Virus record (IMG/VR): IMGVR_UViG_3300030207_001921
Location: 1 to 47,897 of that record
DNA from: a virus
Taxonomy: Duplodnaviria > Caudoviricetes
Length of the DNA stretch: 47,897 nt
Reading direction: 5' to 3' (one strand)
Shown here: positions 7,260-16,777 of the stretch, piece by piece
Layout: every line of letters starts with the position of its first letter
How positions within the stretch are numbered: the stretch's first letter is position 1
Notes under the pieces: model-generated
Databases searched by the model: none
Told to the model about the DNA's origin: nothing
The model's input: only the letters and a program-made list of their open reading frames with translations
Position numbers and translations under genes: made by a program

Positions 7260-9188
7260 TCAAATATCCATATTTTTAAGGATATGTTCTATTACTGATA
7301 CTGTGAATCCATTACCCAACATTTTGTATGCTTGGGTGTTGCTTACTGGCATTTGGTAGTCTTCTGGTATTGTTTGTAGTCTACGACACTCTCGAACTGT
7401 TAGCTTTCTCCAGGTTAAGTCTTCTTTTACTGCTACTGAATCTTTGCTGACCGTTGTTATAGCATTTGATTTATCGTCTTTTCTTAGCTCTAACATTTGT
7501 TTTGTTTGATTAGCTACCGAACTGCCATCTCGATCCATTCTTTTACCATCACTATCATATGCTCTACCTCTAAGTGCACCACCAGAGATAACCTTTGGTT
7601 CTCTGTTGCCACCACCCATACTATTAAGAGTAGGAGCTTTACCGTCTGGGCTATAGACTCTTTTGAGTATATCGTGTCCATTTACATCACTAGCCACCCC
7701 AACTTGTTCTGGTTTAGTTTTTAACACTTTTGGTATGTTGTTAGTTCCGCCACCCCCATTACCAATGCCATTTAAGGTTGGAGATTTGCCACTCTTATCG
7801 TATAAACCACCACCATAATGATTTCCTTTTTCGTTAGCTAGTTTTATAGGTTTGTCGGATGATTTGGTTTGTATTTTTGGACTGTAGCTTGAAATAACTG
7901 TAGGAGATTTTCCTTCAGAAGAATACACTCTTCTTCTCATTTCATTATCCTTTAATATTTCTCTTGGTATATCGAATGCCTTTTTTGGTTTAGTTTCTAC
8001 TTTGGGAACTGTGCCTTTACCAGCATGAGCAGTAACTGTAGGTGACTTACCATCTTCACTATAAACTCTTTTTAATATATCGTGACCTTTTATGTCATCT
8101 AAACTACCTACTTGTAATGGTGTTTGTATTAACTTGTCTGGATTTGTCGAAGTTAAAGTGGGTGATTTGCCCTCATCTGAATAAACTCTTTGTGTGCTCT
8201 CAAATACTCCATCCCTAATCTCAAACTCTAGTAGTGGTATATCAAAACTATCGTCCTCTATAGATAGAAGTTTTTTTAGTTTTAACCAAACATCATCTCC
8301 AGGAATAGTAAAATGCTCGTCACTTCTAAACCAATGATCTACAAGTGTTTTTTTAATGTTAAGTTTTTCTGCTATTTGTTGATTTGTGTATTTACTTTTC
8401 TTCTTATGTGTTGATAGAAGTTTTTGCAATCCATCTATATCTACTGGATGTTGTCTTATCTTCACCCTCTCTACTAATTTTCCTACTTGTTTTGGTTTAT
8501 TTCTGACACCAGTCATGCCATATGTGTTCCAACCTTTGTAATCACGAGCTAATAATGTTGAGCCTTTTTTTATATTTTCTTTTAAAGCTACACATCCATT
8601 ATTACCTACTAAATCTGTTTCTCCATCTGTTTCCAAAATATCTCTTAACACTATACCCAGATCATCTGGTTGCTCTATGTTTGGAATGTTTGTCCAATAG
8701 AGTCGTTGTCTGCTTTGTGCACTTAAAAGTGAACTATTGATTAAAATAGGCTCAATGCGACCACCAAATAAATCTTGACCATCTGAATACTCTGGATAAC
8801 ATTCTGAGACTTGTTGTGTGATGACTTCTTGAAACTCCTTTTTCATTCTGACATTTTCAAGTAAAAAGTATTTAGGTTTAATAGCTTTCAGTAATCGCAC
8901 AAATTCAAAAAACAAAGCAGATCTAGGATCGTCAAATGCCAACTGTTTTCCAGAAAAAGAAAATCCCTGGCAAGGTGAACCTGCCACTATGAGAGTGACA
9001 TCTTTGTAGTCGTTTGGGTTTAACTTTGTTATATCTCCTACTTGAACAGTATCTGGAAAATTTGCTTGTGTGACTTGTATGCCGTATTTATCTATTTCAC
9101 TAGCATAATAGGTATCAACTTTTATGCCTAAATTTTTGAGTGCTATCTGGGTGCAACTCATCCCATCAAATAAACTTAAAACTTTCAT
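7260..9188 (-). CDS. DNA (cytosine-5) methyltransferase with repeated variable-region modules
   Basis: Motif I LSLFDG, catalytic GSPCQ, LLENV, QSRQRLYW, C-terminal LTVRECRRLQ...GNG. Confidence 0.92.
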   Translation of the reverse strand: MKVLSLFDGMSCTQIALKNLGIKVDTYYASEIDKYGIQVTQANFPDTVQVGDITKLNPNDYKDVTLIVAGSPCQGFSFSGKQLAFDDPRSALFFEFVRLLKAIKPKYFLLENVRMKKEFQEVITQQVSECYPEYSDGQDLFGGRIEPILINSSLLSAQSRQRLYWTNIPNIEQPDDLGIVLRDILETDGETDLVGNNGCVALKENIKKGSTLLARDYKGWNTYGMTGVRNKPKQVGKLVERVKIRQHPVDIDGLQKLLSTHKKKSKYTNQQIAEKLNIKKTLVDHWFRSDEHFTIPGDDVWLKLKKLLSIEDDSFDIPLLEFEIRDGVFESTQRVYSDEGKSPTLTSTNPDKLIQTPLQVGSLDDIKGHDILKRVYSEDGKSPTVTAHAGKGTVPKVETKPKKAFDIPREILKDNEMRRRVYSSEGKSPTVISSYSPKIQTKSSDKPIKLANEKGNHYGGGLYDKSGKSPTLNGIGNGGGGTNNIPKVLKTKPEQVGVASDVNGHDILKRVYSPDGKAPTLNSMGGGNREPKVISGGALRGRAYDSDGKRMDRDGSSVANQTKQMLELRKDDKSNAITTVSKDSVAVKEDLTWRKLTVRECRRLQTIPEDYQMPVSNTQAYKMLGNGFTVSVIEHILKNMDI

Positions 9189-9454
9189 TCAAATTCTGGC
9201 AAATTTTGGTAAAGTGCAGAATAAACATCTTCCTCTGAATATCCAGAAACGATTTGATCTAATGTGTTTAGTGATACACTTATATCTTTTTGCTCATGTA
9301 TTAGTCTAGAAAAACAAAAACTAATACACCAAACAAGTGTTTCTTGTGGGTCGACACCTCTGATTTTATTCTCTTCAATTAAACTTTCCAAAGATTTTGC
9401 TGTCTCTCTCGGATCGGCTCTCTCTCTATGCTTTGACATTTCAATGACTTTCAT
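9185..9454 (-). CDS. Hypothetical protein (89 aa)
   Basis: ATGA overlap with the methyltransferase start. Confidence 0.65.
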   Translation of the reverse strand: MKVIEMSKHRERADPRETAKSLESLIEENKIRGVDPQETLVWCISFCFSRLIHEQKDISVSLNTLDQIVSGYSEEDVYSALYQNLPEFE

Positions 9455-9532
9455 GTTTTAAATCTAACATATTTAAAAATAATTTACTATATGCGAATTG
9501 CTAGATTAAAATTTATGTGTTATCTATAGAAG

Positions 9533-9626
9533 CAGAGGGTTATGTTGCTAAGGTCCCTCTGATACCTAAGTCCGATCAAGACTTCTATTCAAAGTGTATG
9601 GAGAATCTTATACAGAATAGGCAACA
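9533..9626 (+). ncRNA. Putative structured RNA (three stems plus pseudoknot)
   Basis: CAGAGGG/CCCTCTG, AAGTC/GACTT, CTATTC/GAATAG with an inner stem; loop TGTTGC complementary to 3' GCAACA. Confidence 0.45.
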
Positions 9627-9631
9627 AAAAA

Positions 9632-9865
9632 TTAAATACCGTAGTCTTCTGGGTTTTCACCAAAAGCAGCTAACAAAATACTACATTCACTATTTCTCTC
9701 TACCGTATCTAAATCAATACCAGTAGATTTTTTTAGGTTATCAGCATACCTGCATGTTAGCTCTTCTGTTGAATCGCAACCAAACTTATAAGCATCCTCA
9801 AACGCTTTTTGTCGTGCGCCATCTTCTACAATATTATCGTGATATTCTCTCCACATTCTAGACAT
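9632..9865 (-). CDS. Hypothetical protein (77 aa)
   Basis: AAGGA RBS; divergent from the 9951 operon. Confidence 0.65.
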   Translation of the reverse strand: MSRMWREYHDNIVEDGARQKAFEDAYKFGCDSTEELTCRYADNLKKSTGIDLDTVERNSECSILLAAFGENPEDYGI

Positions 9866-9950
9866 TTTATATCCTTAGTTAATAATATATATTACCAACA
9901 GTAGACATTTTATACTATTGATGTATAATTTGCAATATAGGAGAAGAACT

Positions 9951-10145
9951 ATGTCAAAAAATACAGACAAAAAAAGTAAACAACCGATAAAAAATACAAA
10001 CGATTTATCTTTAGTTGAGCAGGCAGAGTATATGGAATACTTAGCTTGGAGCAGTCTACAAGATCTAAAAAAGATAGATACTGACACTAAAAGAAATTTA
10101 GTAAAAATTATAAACAATATACCTATCTACAAGGCAAAAAAATAA
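9951..10145 (+). CDS. Hypothetical protein (MSKNTDKK...)
   Basis: AGGAG RBS; upstream TAGACA-N16-TATAAT; TAATG coupling to the next gene. Confidence 0.7.
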   Translation: MSKNTDKKSKQPIKNTNDLSLVEQAEYMEYLAWSSLQDLKKIDTDTKRNLVKIINNIPIYKAKK

Positions 10146-11029
10146 TGGAGAAAAAGCAAATGATTTTACCAGAAACTTTAGAAAAATATGACCATCAAGC
10201 ATTAGGAGATGCTATCTACTTTACTTCACTAACAAATGAGGAGTACCACAATTCTCCAGGCATATCATCATCTGTGATAAGAAAATTTATGGATTCACAA
10301 ATACATGCTATGGAAGAAGATGTTCTAGACACACCCGCATTAAAATTTGGAACCGCTGCACATGCTTTGATAGTTGAAGGAGACAAGGCTTTTGCACAAG
10401 ATATTGCATGTATAGAAGGTTCTCCATATACACAATACAACAAAAATTTAAAAGCAGATTTTGAAGAAAGAGGGATGACAGTCATCACAAAAAAAGATAG
10501 AGATGATATTTTTAGAATGAGGGATTTACTAATACCAGAAGCAAAAAAACTTTTACAACCAAGTGAAAACGAATATCCAAGCATTTTTAACTATCCTTAT
10601 GAAAGATCAATATATTGGTTTGAAAACGATCTTCTGCTGAAAGTAAAATCTGACATTCTAAGATACCCCTTAGAAAATGCTTATGCAGAAAATAAAATAA
10701 TTTTAGTAGATTACAAAACTACACAAAGCTGTGAGCCAAGTTCTTTCTTGTCCTCTGTAAAAAGATATAAATATGATTTACAAGCAGCTTGGTATAGAAG
10801 AGGTTTTGAGAAAGCTGGTTTTGAAGTCCTTGACTTTTATTTTGTAGCACAAGAAAAGAAACATCCTTATGCATCAAAAATATTTAAAATGAAAAAAGAA
10901 GATATGGATAAGGGTTGGGAAGTCTTAGAAAAAAATCTACAAGACTATGCAAAAGTTTTAGATGGAGAAAGACCAACAGTATATAACACACCAAATATAG
11001 TTGAGTTAAGTTTGTCTGATGAAGAATAA
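10145..11029 (+). CDS. RecE/exodeoxyribonuclease VIII-like PD-(D/E)XK exonuclease (DUF3799-like)
   Basis: NEEYH...ISSS, FGTAAHALI, DYKTT, YDLQAAWY motifs. Confidence 0.85.
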   Translation: MEKKQMILPETLEKYDHQALGDAIYFTSLTNEEYHNSPGISSSVIRKFMDSQIHAMEEDVLDTPALKFGTAAHALIVEGDKAFAQDIACIEGSPYTQYNKNLKADFEERGMTVITKKDRDDIFRMRDLLIPEAKKLLQPSENEYPSIFNYPYERSIYWFENDLLLKVKSDILRYPLENAYAENKIILVDYKTTQSCEPSSFLSSVKRYKYDLQAAWYRRGFEKAGFEVLDFYFVAQEKKHPYASKIFKMKKEDMDKGWEVLEKNLQDYAKVLDGERPTVYNTPNIVELSLSDEE

Positions 11030-11149
11030 AAAGAACATTTTATTAATAACTGCATTTTCATTATTTATGTTTGCCGTAATAGTGAGCAAATATTTTTTAT
11101 GGGGATGCATAATAATTTGTGGAGATTGGTATGATGAATAGGAGAATAT

Positions 11150-11455
11150 ATGTCAATAGATAAAATAACCCCAAAACAATGGGATGAAGCGAATAAAATA
11201 ATTAATGATATTGGTCCAGGCAAGACTGAAGACCAAGAAGATATGGTTAATAAACCACCACACTATAATCAAGGCACATTAGAGGCAATAGATTATATTA
11301 AACAACAATTAGGTCCTTTGGGTTATAGGTCATACTTAGAGGGAACTGCAATAAAATATCTTCATAGGTTTAAATACAAAACATCTAACATACAAGATTT
11401 AGAAAAATGTGTTTGGTATATTAGAAGATTAATTAACGAACTAGAAAATATGTAG
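11150..11455 (+). CDS. DUF3310 protein (T7 gp1.7-like nucleotide kinase family)
   Basis: DMVNKPPHY...EAIDYI...KYLHRFKYK...DLEKC.WY. Confidence 0.85.
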   Translation: MSIDKITPKQWDEANKIINDIGPGKTEDQEDMVNKPPHYNQGTLEAIDYIKQQLGPLGYRSYLEGTAIKYLHRFKYKTSNIQDLEKCVWYIRRLINELENM

Positions 11456-11537
11456 CCATGAATATCGATCCACTAAGCGTTATTGGAGTCTTAATGTTAA
11501 TTTGGGTTATTTATGGTTCACAAGACGATGGAGAATA

Positions 11538-11729
11538 ATGCAAGAAATAGTTAAAGATTTTGGTGATGTAAAGGTTAGAAGAGCATGTGTAGTTCATACT
11601 CAAAAAGGCTATAGAGTTGATCTTTATGAAAAGATGAATTTTATTCGATCTGTTGACCTAAAAGAATACAACAAATTATATGCAGAAAGTCTTGCAGAAA
11701 ACTGGATTAACAATCTAATTAAGGAATAA
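11538..11729 (+). CDS. Hypothetical protein
   Basis: GGAG RBS before MQEIVKDF. Confidence 0.6.
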   Translation: MQEIVKDFGDVKVRRACVVHTQKGYRVDLYEKMNFIRSVDLKEYNKLYAESLAENWINNLIKE

Positions 11730-11810
11730 AAAAAGGGGAGTTTAAAAAACCCCCCAACCATTCGGGAGAGAACTAATGAATGATATACCTCATTCTATCC
11801 CAAAATGCAA

Positions 11811-11840
11811 ATAAAAAAAAGGGGAGATTGCTCTCCCCTA
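11811..11840 (-). terminator. Intrinsic terminator between convergent operons
   Basis: GGGGAGA-TTGC-TCTCCCC with an adjacent A8 tract. Confidence 0.8.
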
Positions 11841-11857
11841 AATACTTATAATTTTAC

Positions 11858-12328
11858 TTATAAGGTTGGTTTGGCTTTTGCCGTAGGTTCTCCAGAACTT
11901 TGTCCTGCAGATGACTCTGGATGAACAAAAGATCTAACTCTTGTTTTAGTAACCTCTATGGTTTCACCAAACTCGTTTTTAAAAGAATCTTGCTCGTTAG
12001 AAACTCTAATATTTAGATGTTTGTTAACGAAATCTCCATACGCATTAGGAAATTGTTTAAATCCTACTGCCTTACATAATGAGGTAAATTGCTCATTAGA
12101 GATTCTTTTAGCGTCTGCATTAGCTGACCACAAAGAAAAATATTCTGTGTGCTCCCTAAATGCTCCGTTTTGTAGTTCAAAAATTACTCTTACAGACCAG
12201 TTATCACTACTCTTAGATTGATACTTTTCGCAAGATATAATTTTTGCCTCATATTCACCTGGTGGTGCGACATCTTTTGTTGGCTCTCCACTTGTTTCAA
12301 GCCAATCAACATTATCAAAATCACTCAT
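11858..12328 (-). CDS. DUF669-like single-stranded DNA-binding protein
   Basis: PPGEYEAKI...SKS motif; adjacent to the Sak4-like ATPase. Confidence 0.7.
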   Translation of the reverse strand: MSDFDNVDWLETSGEPTKDVAPPGEYEAKIISCEKYQSKSSDNWSVRVIFELQNGAFREHTEYFSLWSANADAKRISNEQFTSLCKAVGFKQFPNAYGDFVNKHLNIRVSNEQDSFKNEFGETIEVTKTRVRSFVHPESSAGQSSGEPTAKAKPTL

Positions 12329-13049
12329 TTACATCCTCCTGTTTTAATGCTTCTTGAGTTTTAAAACCTAGCTTTTTGATTATGCTAGTTAAACAAGGCT
12401 CTTCAAAAGGATCTAGTTTTCCAGACCTATCTTTTGCAGTATACCCTTGACCAATTTCTGTTTGTAACCATCTGTTTTTTACATTTTTACCGTCATCATC
12501 TTGTTCTTCAATGACACGCAAAGCAAGAACTTCATCAAAAAAGTAAGTAATAGATTGACCTAGTTTTGTTCCAACCATTTTTGGTTCATACAATAGGACA
12601 TTATCTACATTTTGCTTTTCCATTTTAGAAACAAAGACAACATGCATATGTAAATCTCTATATGCTCTCATAACATTAGTTACTGATTCTTGCACATTAC
12701 CATATGCCATCCTTGGATCTTTATGTTTTGCCTTTTCATAATTAAGCAAAATTTCAGACATTTCAGATATAGAATCTAAACAGACAGTATCGTAGTTAAG
12801 TTCACCAGATTTTAATGCATCATGTATCTGCATTATTTCTTGTGCTTCTTTTACTTCGATTGCATCAACATTTTGACGATCTCTAATAGAAAGCAAACCA
12901 CTTTCCATACTTATCATCAAAACTTTACCAGGAGCAGTTGCACATGCAGTAGTTTTACCAGCACCTGCAGCTCCGTATATTAGGATTTTTGCACCTTGAT
13001 CTTCTACTAAATCAGATGGTGCAACTATGCGATTTTTTAAATCACTCAT
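12321..13049 (-). CDS. Sak4-like AAA_24 ATPase/recombinase
   Basis: KILIYGAAGAGKTT Walker A, VCLDSISE Walker B, AKDRSG. Confidence 0.85.
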   Translation of the reverse strand: MSDLKNRIVAPSDLVEDQGAKILIYGAAGAGKTTACATAPGKVLMISMESGLLSIRDRQNVDAIEVKEAQEIMQIHDALKSGELNYDTVCLDSISEMSEILLNYEKAKHKDPRMAYGNVQESVTNVMRAYRDLHMHVVFVSKMEKQNVDNVLLYEPKMVGTKLGQSITYFFDEVLALRVIEEQDDDGKNVKNRWLQTEIGQGYTAKDRSGKLDPFEEPCLTSIIKKLGFKTQEALKQEDVNE

Positions 13050-13121
13050 AATAGTTTCTCCAAAGTTGTTGAAAAATTATATAACATATATTACTATTTG
13101 TAAATTAATTAAGGAGAAACT

Positions 13122-13481
13122 ATGAGTAATAAATTAACTTGGTTAGCCAACTACTATTACCGACAACTAATTTTATCTAATAAACATTTAGAAACTTTAA
13201 ATAAAATAAACGTAAAACCAGAGTTTACGGAAAGAGAAAAAAGTATGCAAAGGTATACTTTAAAACAATATATTGAATTTATAGGAATGCCAGAGGCTGC
13301 AAACTTATTTGGTTGTTCAGAGGCATCTATCAAAGCCTGGAGATATGGCTATAGACAACCATCAATAAATCAAGCGAAAAAAATAATACAATCATCTGAC
13401 GGTAAGTTAGACTTTGAATCCATATACGGTAATTTAGATAGCTCAACCTCAGATAGTGTTCAATCTCAACCTAACAGATAA
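13122..13481 (+). CDS. Cro-like HTH transcriptional regulator
   Basis: EAANLFGCSEASIKAWRYGYRQP; AGGAG RBS. Confidence 0.75.
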   Translation: MSNKLTWLANYYYRQLILSNKHLETLNKINVKPEFTEREKSMQRYTLKQYIEFIGMPEAANLFGCSEASIKAWRYGYRQPSINQAKKIIQSSDGKLDFESIYGNLDSSTSDSVQSQPNR

Positions 13482-15576
13482 TGAAACACCATTAGACTTA
13501 GCTACCACATATTATGATGAGGGGCTTTCGGTTGTTCCATTATATAGAAACAATAAAAAACCACCTGCTTTCTTAGGGGGTTGGCATCAATATAAAACTG
13601 AAAGACCAAAAAGAGAACTGGTAGAGTCTTGGTTTAAAGGCAGAGACGATCTAGTAGTAGCTTTAATATGTGGTGAGTTTTTAGTCGTAGATGCTGACAC
13701 ACCAGAAGCTATGACTTGGGTAGAAAACAATTTACCTACTACCCCATTTCGTGTCGTTACTGGTAAGGGTATGCACTTTTACTATAACAATCCACAAAAT
13801 TTTACAACATTTGCTACCAAAAGATTAAATGAAACTCCATTAGAAAGACATATAGATATTAGAGGAGAAGGTGGTTTAATTATTGCCCCTTACAACAAAC
13901 ATGCTACTGGCAGAATATACAAACCAAACATCATACCAGAATGGGACATACACGATTATAGTGATTTACCAGACTTTACTGAAAAAGAATGGATTCAAAT
14001 AACTGGTAATGGTAAAAATAATGGACACCAAGTTACTGCACCAATATCTTTAGATGGAGTAAACGAAGGTTCAAGAAACGATCAAGCTGCAAGACTCGCA
14101 GGATATTTAATATCAAAAAATATTAACCTTGATTTTTGTAAGTTTTTTTTACAGTCTTGGAACACACAAAATACACCACCCTTACCTAACAACGAAGTTT
14201 TATCTGTAGTAGACAATGTGAAAAGAACTCATGACAGAAAAAACCAAAGAGCACCTTTATTTGTAAATGCTTCTGAAAAGATTGATCCGCCTAAAGATTT
14301 GTTCAATCCACCAGGCATACTAAAAGAAATGTATAGATTCTGTGAAGAAATGGCAAAAGTATCACAACCAGAATTATCTATAGTTGCAAGTTTATCTTTA
14401 GCAAGTGTTTGTTGTGGCAGATTATATAGAACTAATATGAATAATTTTTCATCACTATACTTTATGGGGATAGCAAAGTCTGGACAAGGTAAAGAAAATA
14501 TAAAAAGTTTTGTTGAGGCTATTTTAAATATGTCTGAGCACTCTGAGTTAATAGTTGGTGATGGTTATACTTCATCTGGAGCAGTACACTCTATATTAAG
14601 GTATAGACCTACACAAATAACAATAATGGATGAGTTTGGTAAAAGATTAGAGAATATAAGTGCTCAACAAAATACAAATAGAGAGGACGGTATTCAAACC
14701 TTGATGGAGGCTTGGGGTCGTTGTCATGGGACACTAAGACCAGATAATTACTCTTTAATGAATGTTCCAGATCAATATAAAGAACAAGCTATGAACAGAG
14801 TCACACACAAACCAGCTATTACATTAGTAGGTATGTCTGTACCACAAAATTTTTATAAAGCATTAAACTCTGGTCGTATTGCTGATGGTTTTTTAAATAG
14901 GTTTTTAATAATAGAAAGTAAGGAGCCTAGAAAAATACAAAGACTAAAAAAATACATAAGACCACCTTTAACTTTAGTGAACTGGGTCAATCAAATTAGA
15001 AAGCCATCAACAGAATTTGGAGCCGTAGGTGAGAATAATGCAGAGTTAGATGTTGAACAAAAAATTATTAGTTTTTCACCAGAAGCAGAAACATTACTGG
15101 AGAGCTTTGCAGAAGAGATAGTAAAAAGACAAAATGCTTTAGAGAAAGACAATTTAGAACCGTTATTATCTAGAACTAGAGAAAAAGCTATGCGCTTATC
15201 ATTATCTTGTGCATTAGCAGAAAACCCTAAAAATACAGTTATATCAGCAGATGTGACAAAATGGTGTATAGATTATGTCAGATACTATGACTTATTATTT
15301 ATAGAGGCTTGTAAAGATAAAGTTGCCTCATCAGCTACTGAATCAAAAATAAAAAATGTTCTATCGTTCATTAGGTCTAGAGGAGAAGAGGGTATTAGTA
15401 AAAGAGAAGTAGACAGACATGAATTATTTAGAAGTATGAAATCTTATGAGGTAAAAGAAATAATAGATAGACTTAAAAATGCAGGAGAAATACAAGAAAT
15501 AGATATTAGAGTGGGGGGTAAAGGTAGACCTACAAAAAGATTTGTAGCTGTAGATCCAAACTATTATGAAGATTAA
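13456..15576 (+). CDS. Bifunctional primase-polymerase / PriCT / helicase (DUF3987-like)
   Basis: VVDAD, TGKGMHFYY, DIRGEGGLIIAP, EGSRNDQ, P-loop AKSGQGKE, MDEFG. Confidence 0.88.
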   Translation: MFNLNLTDNETPLDLATTYYDEGLSVVPLYRNNKKPPAFLGGWHQYKTERPKRELVESWFKGRDDLVVALICGEFLVVDADTPEAMTWVENNLPTTPFRVVTGKGMHFYYNNPQNFTTFATKRLNETPLERHIDIRGEGGLIIAPYNKHATGRIYKPNIIPEWDIHDYSDLPDFTEKEWIQITGNGKNNGHQVTAPISLDGVNEGSRNDQAARLAGYLISKNINLDFCKFFLQSWNTQNTPPLPNNEVLSVVDNVKRTHDRKNQRAPLFVNASEKIDPPKDLFNPPGILKEMYRFCEEMAKVSQPELSIVASLSLASVCCGRLYRTNMNNFSSLYFMGIAKSGQGKENIKSFVEAILNMSEHSELIVGDGYTSSGAVHSILRYRPTQITIMDEFGKRLENISAQQNTNREDGIQTLMEAWGRCHGTLRPDNYSLMNVPDQYKEQAMNRVTHKPAITLVGMSVPQNFYKALNSGRIADGFLNRFLIIESKEPRKIQRLKKYIRPPLTLVNWVNQIRKPSTEFGAVGENNAELDVEQKIISFSPEAETLLESFAEEIVKRQNALEKDNLEPLLSRTREKAMRLSLSCALAENPKNTVISADVTKWCIDYVRYYDLLFIEACKDKVASSATESKIKNVLSFIRSRGEEGISKREVDRHELFRSMKSYEVKEIIDRLKNAGEIQEIDIRVGGKGRPTKRFVAVDPNYYED

Positions 15577-15802
15577 TAAAAAAGCCATGAAAGAAGCAAT
15601 ATTCGATACTGCTTTAGGTTTGCCTATAAATTGGTTTTTTGCATATATAACTATAGTTGTGTTAATGTTGTTTGGTGTAAATAGTGCTTTTTATATATCA
15701 GTAGCACAAGTGGTAGTTTTGACTATCCTAGCTTTGATAAGAAAGTATTTGGTGAGAATATACTTTAGGGAAGGAGAAGACTATGAGGACACCAAGTCTT
15801 GA
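15566..15802 (+). CDS. Small two-TM membrane protein
   Basis: Two hydrophobic segments. Confidence 0.65.
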   Translation: MKINKKAMKEAIFDTALGLPINWFFAYITIVVLMLFGVNSAFYISVAQVVVLTILALIRKYLVRIYFREGEDYEDTKS

Positions 15803-16244
15803 GACTAGAGAAGATCAAAAACGAGAGGAGAGGGTTGCTGGATTTTTGGAGGGAGCCTGGAATGTCACATGTCACAAATTACCTACATCATATAGCTTAG
15901 ATTACTGGATAGAGTCCAAAGAAAAATGTTATTGGTGTGAAGTCAAATGCCGTACTTTTGCATCAGACAAGTATGATACTTTTATATTGTCAGTTAACAA
16001 ACTTAGAAAGGGTGCATCATATACAAGATCGACTGGCATACCCTTTATTGTTGTTTATGCTATGACGGATGGTTTGTTTTATCATGAATGGGATGATAAG
16101 CATGAATATGATATTCGTATGAACATATCTCCAGAGGCTAAATATGATGACGATAATGAACCTTATGCACACATACCAAGAGATATGATAAAATGTATTA
16201 CAGACAAACCTTTAGGTATGGATAGAAACGAGATAGGTTTTTGA
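15783..16244 (+). CDS. PD-(D/E)XK nuclease-like protein
   Basis: YSLDY...CEVKCR signature. Confidence 0.6.
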   Translation: MRTPSLETREDQKREERVAGFLEGAWNVTCHKLPTSYSLDYWIESKEKCYWCEVKCRTFASDKYDTFILSVNKLRKGASYTRSTGIPFIVVYAMTDGLFYHEWDDKHEYDIRMNISPEAKYDDDNEPYAHIPRDMIKCITDKPLGMDRNEIGF

Positions 16245-16648
16245 TGGGACAAATTACAGAATCAGTAATCGGTGTTGCAGACAAAGTTTTAAGTAAATTC
16301 GTTACAGATAAAAATTTAAAACTAAGATTAGAGCACGAACTTAAAACAGAATTACATAAAGCTAATCTAGCACAAATAGAAGTAAACAAAGAACAAGCAA
16401 AGCATTCATCAATATTTGTATCTGGAGCCAGACCTGCAATTATGTGGGTAGCTTGTTTTGGTTTGTTGTGGTCATATTTTTTAGCACCTATATTAAATTG
16501 GATAATTATTGTAAGTGGTAGCCAAGTGCCTTTACCAGAAATACAGACTGAAGGATTGCTTACCCTTACCTTGTCACTTCTAGGATTAGGTGGTATGAGG
16601 ACTTATGAAAAAATGAAAGGTGTTGCTAGGAATAGTATGAATGAATAA
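16244..16648 (+). CDS. Holin (GTA 3TM / DUF3154-like)
   Basis: AQIEVNKEQAKH.SIFVSGARPAIMW...LLGLGGMRTYEK. Confidence 0.85.
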   Translation: MGQITESVIGVADKVLSKFVTDKNLKLRLEHELKTELHKANLAQIEVNKEQAKHSSIFVSGARPAIMWVACFGLLWSYFLAPILNWIIIVSGSQVPLPEIQTEGLLTLTLSLLGLGGMRTYEKMKGVARNSMNE

Positions 16649-16777
16649 AATTGGGTGGCGGTTGTTCCATAATATCCATGTTCCATTTTGCTAGAAGATC
16701 GTCACCCTCTTATTTCCTTTGTAAATGCTTTTGTCAATATTTTTTGATCTAGAGTATGGGTTTTAAAAAAGTTTTCG

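Noticed and set aside
6958-7359. Plus-strand 133-aa ORF
   Set aside because: It overlaps terS and the methyltransferase antisense, has a TTG start without an RBS, and has low-complexity composition
7260-16244. Complete restriction-modification system
   Set aside because: The methyltransferase has no adjacent restriction gene; the PD-(D/E)XK genes lie in replication or tail contexts
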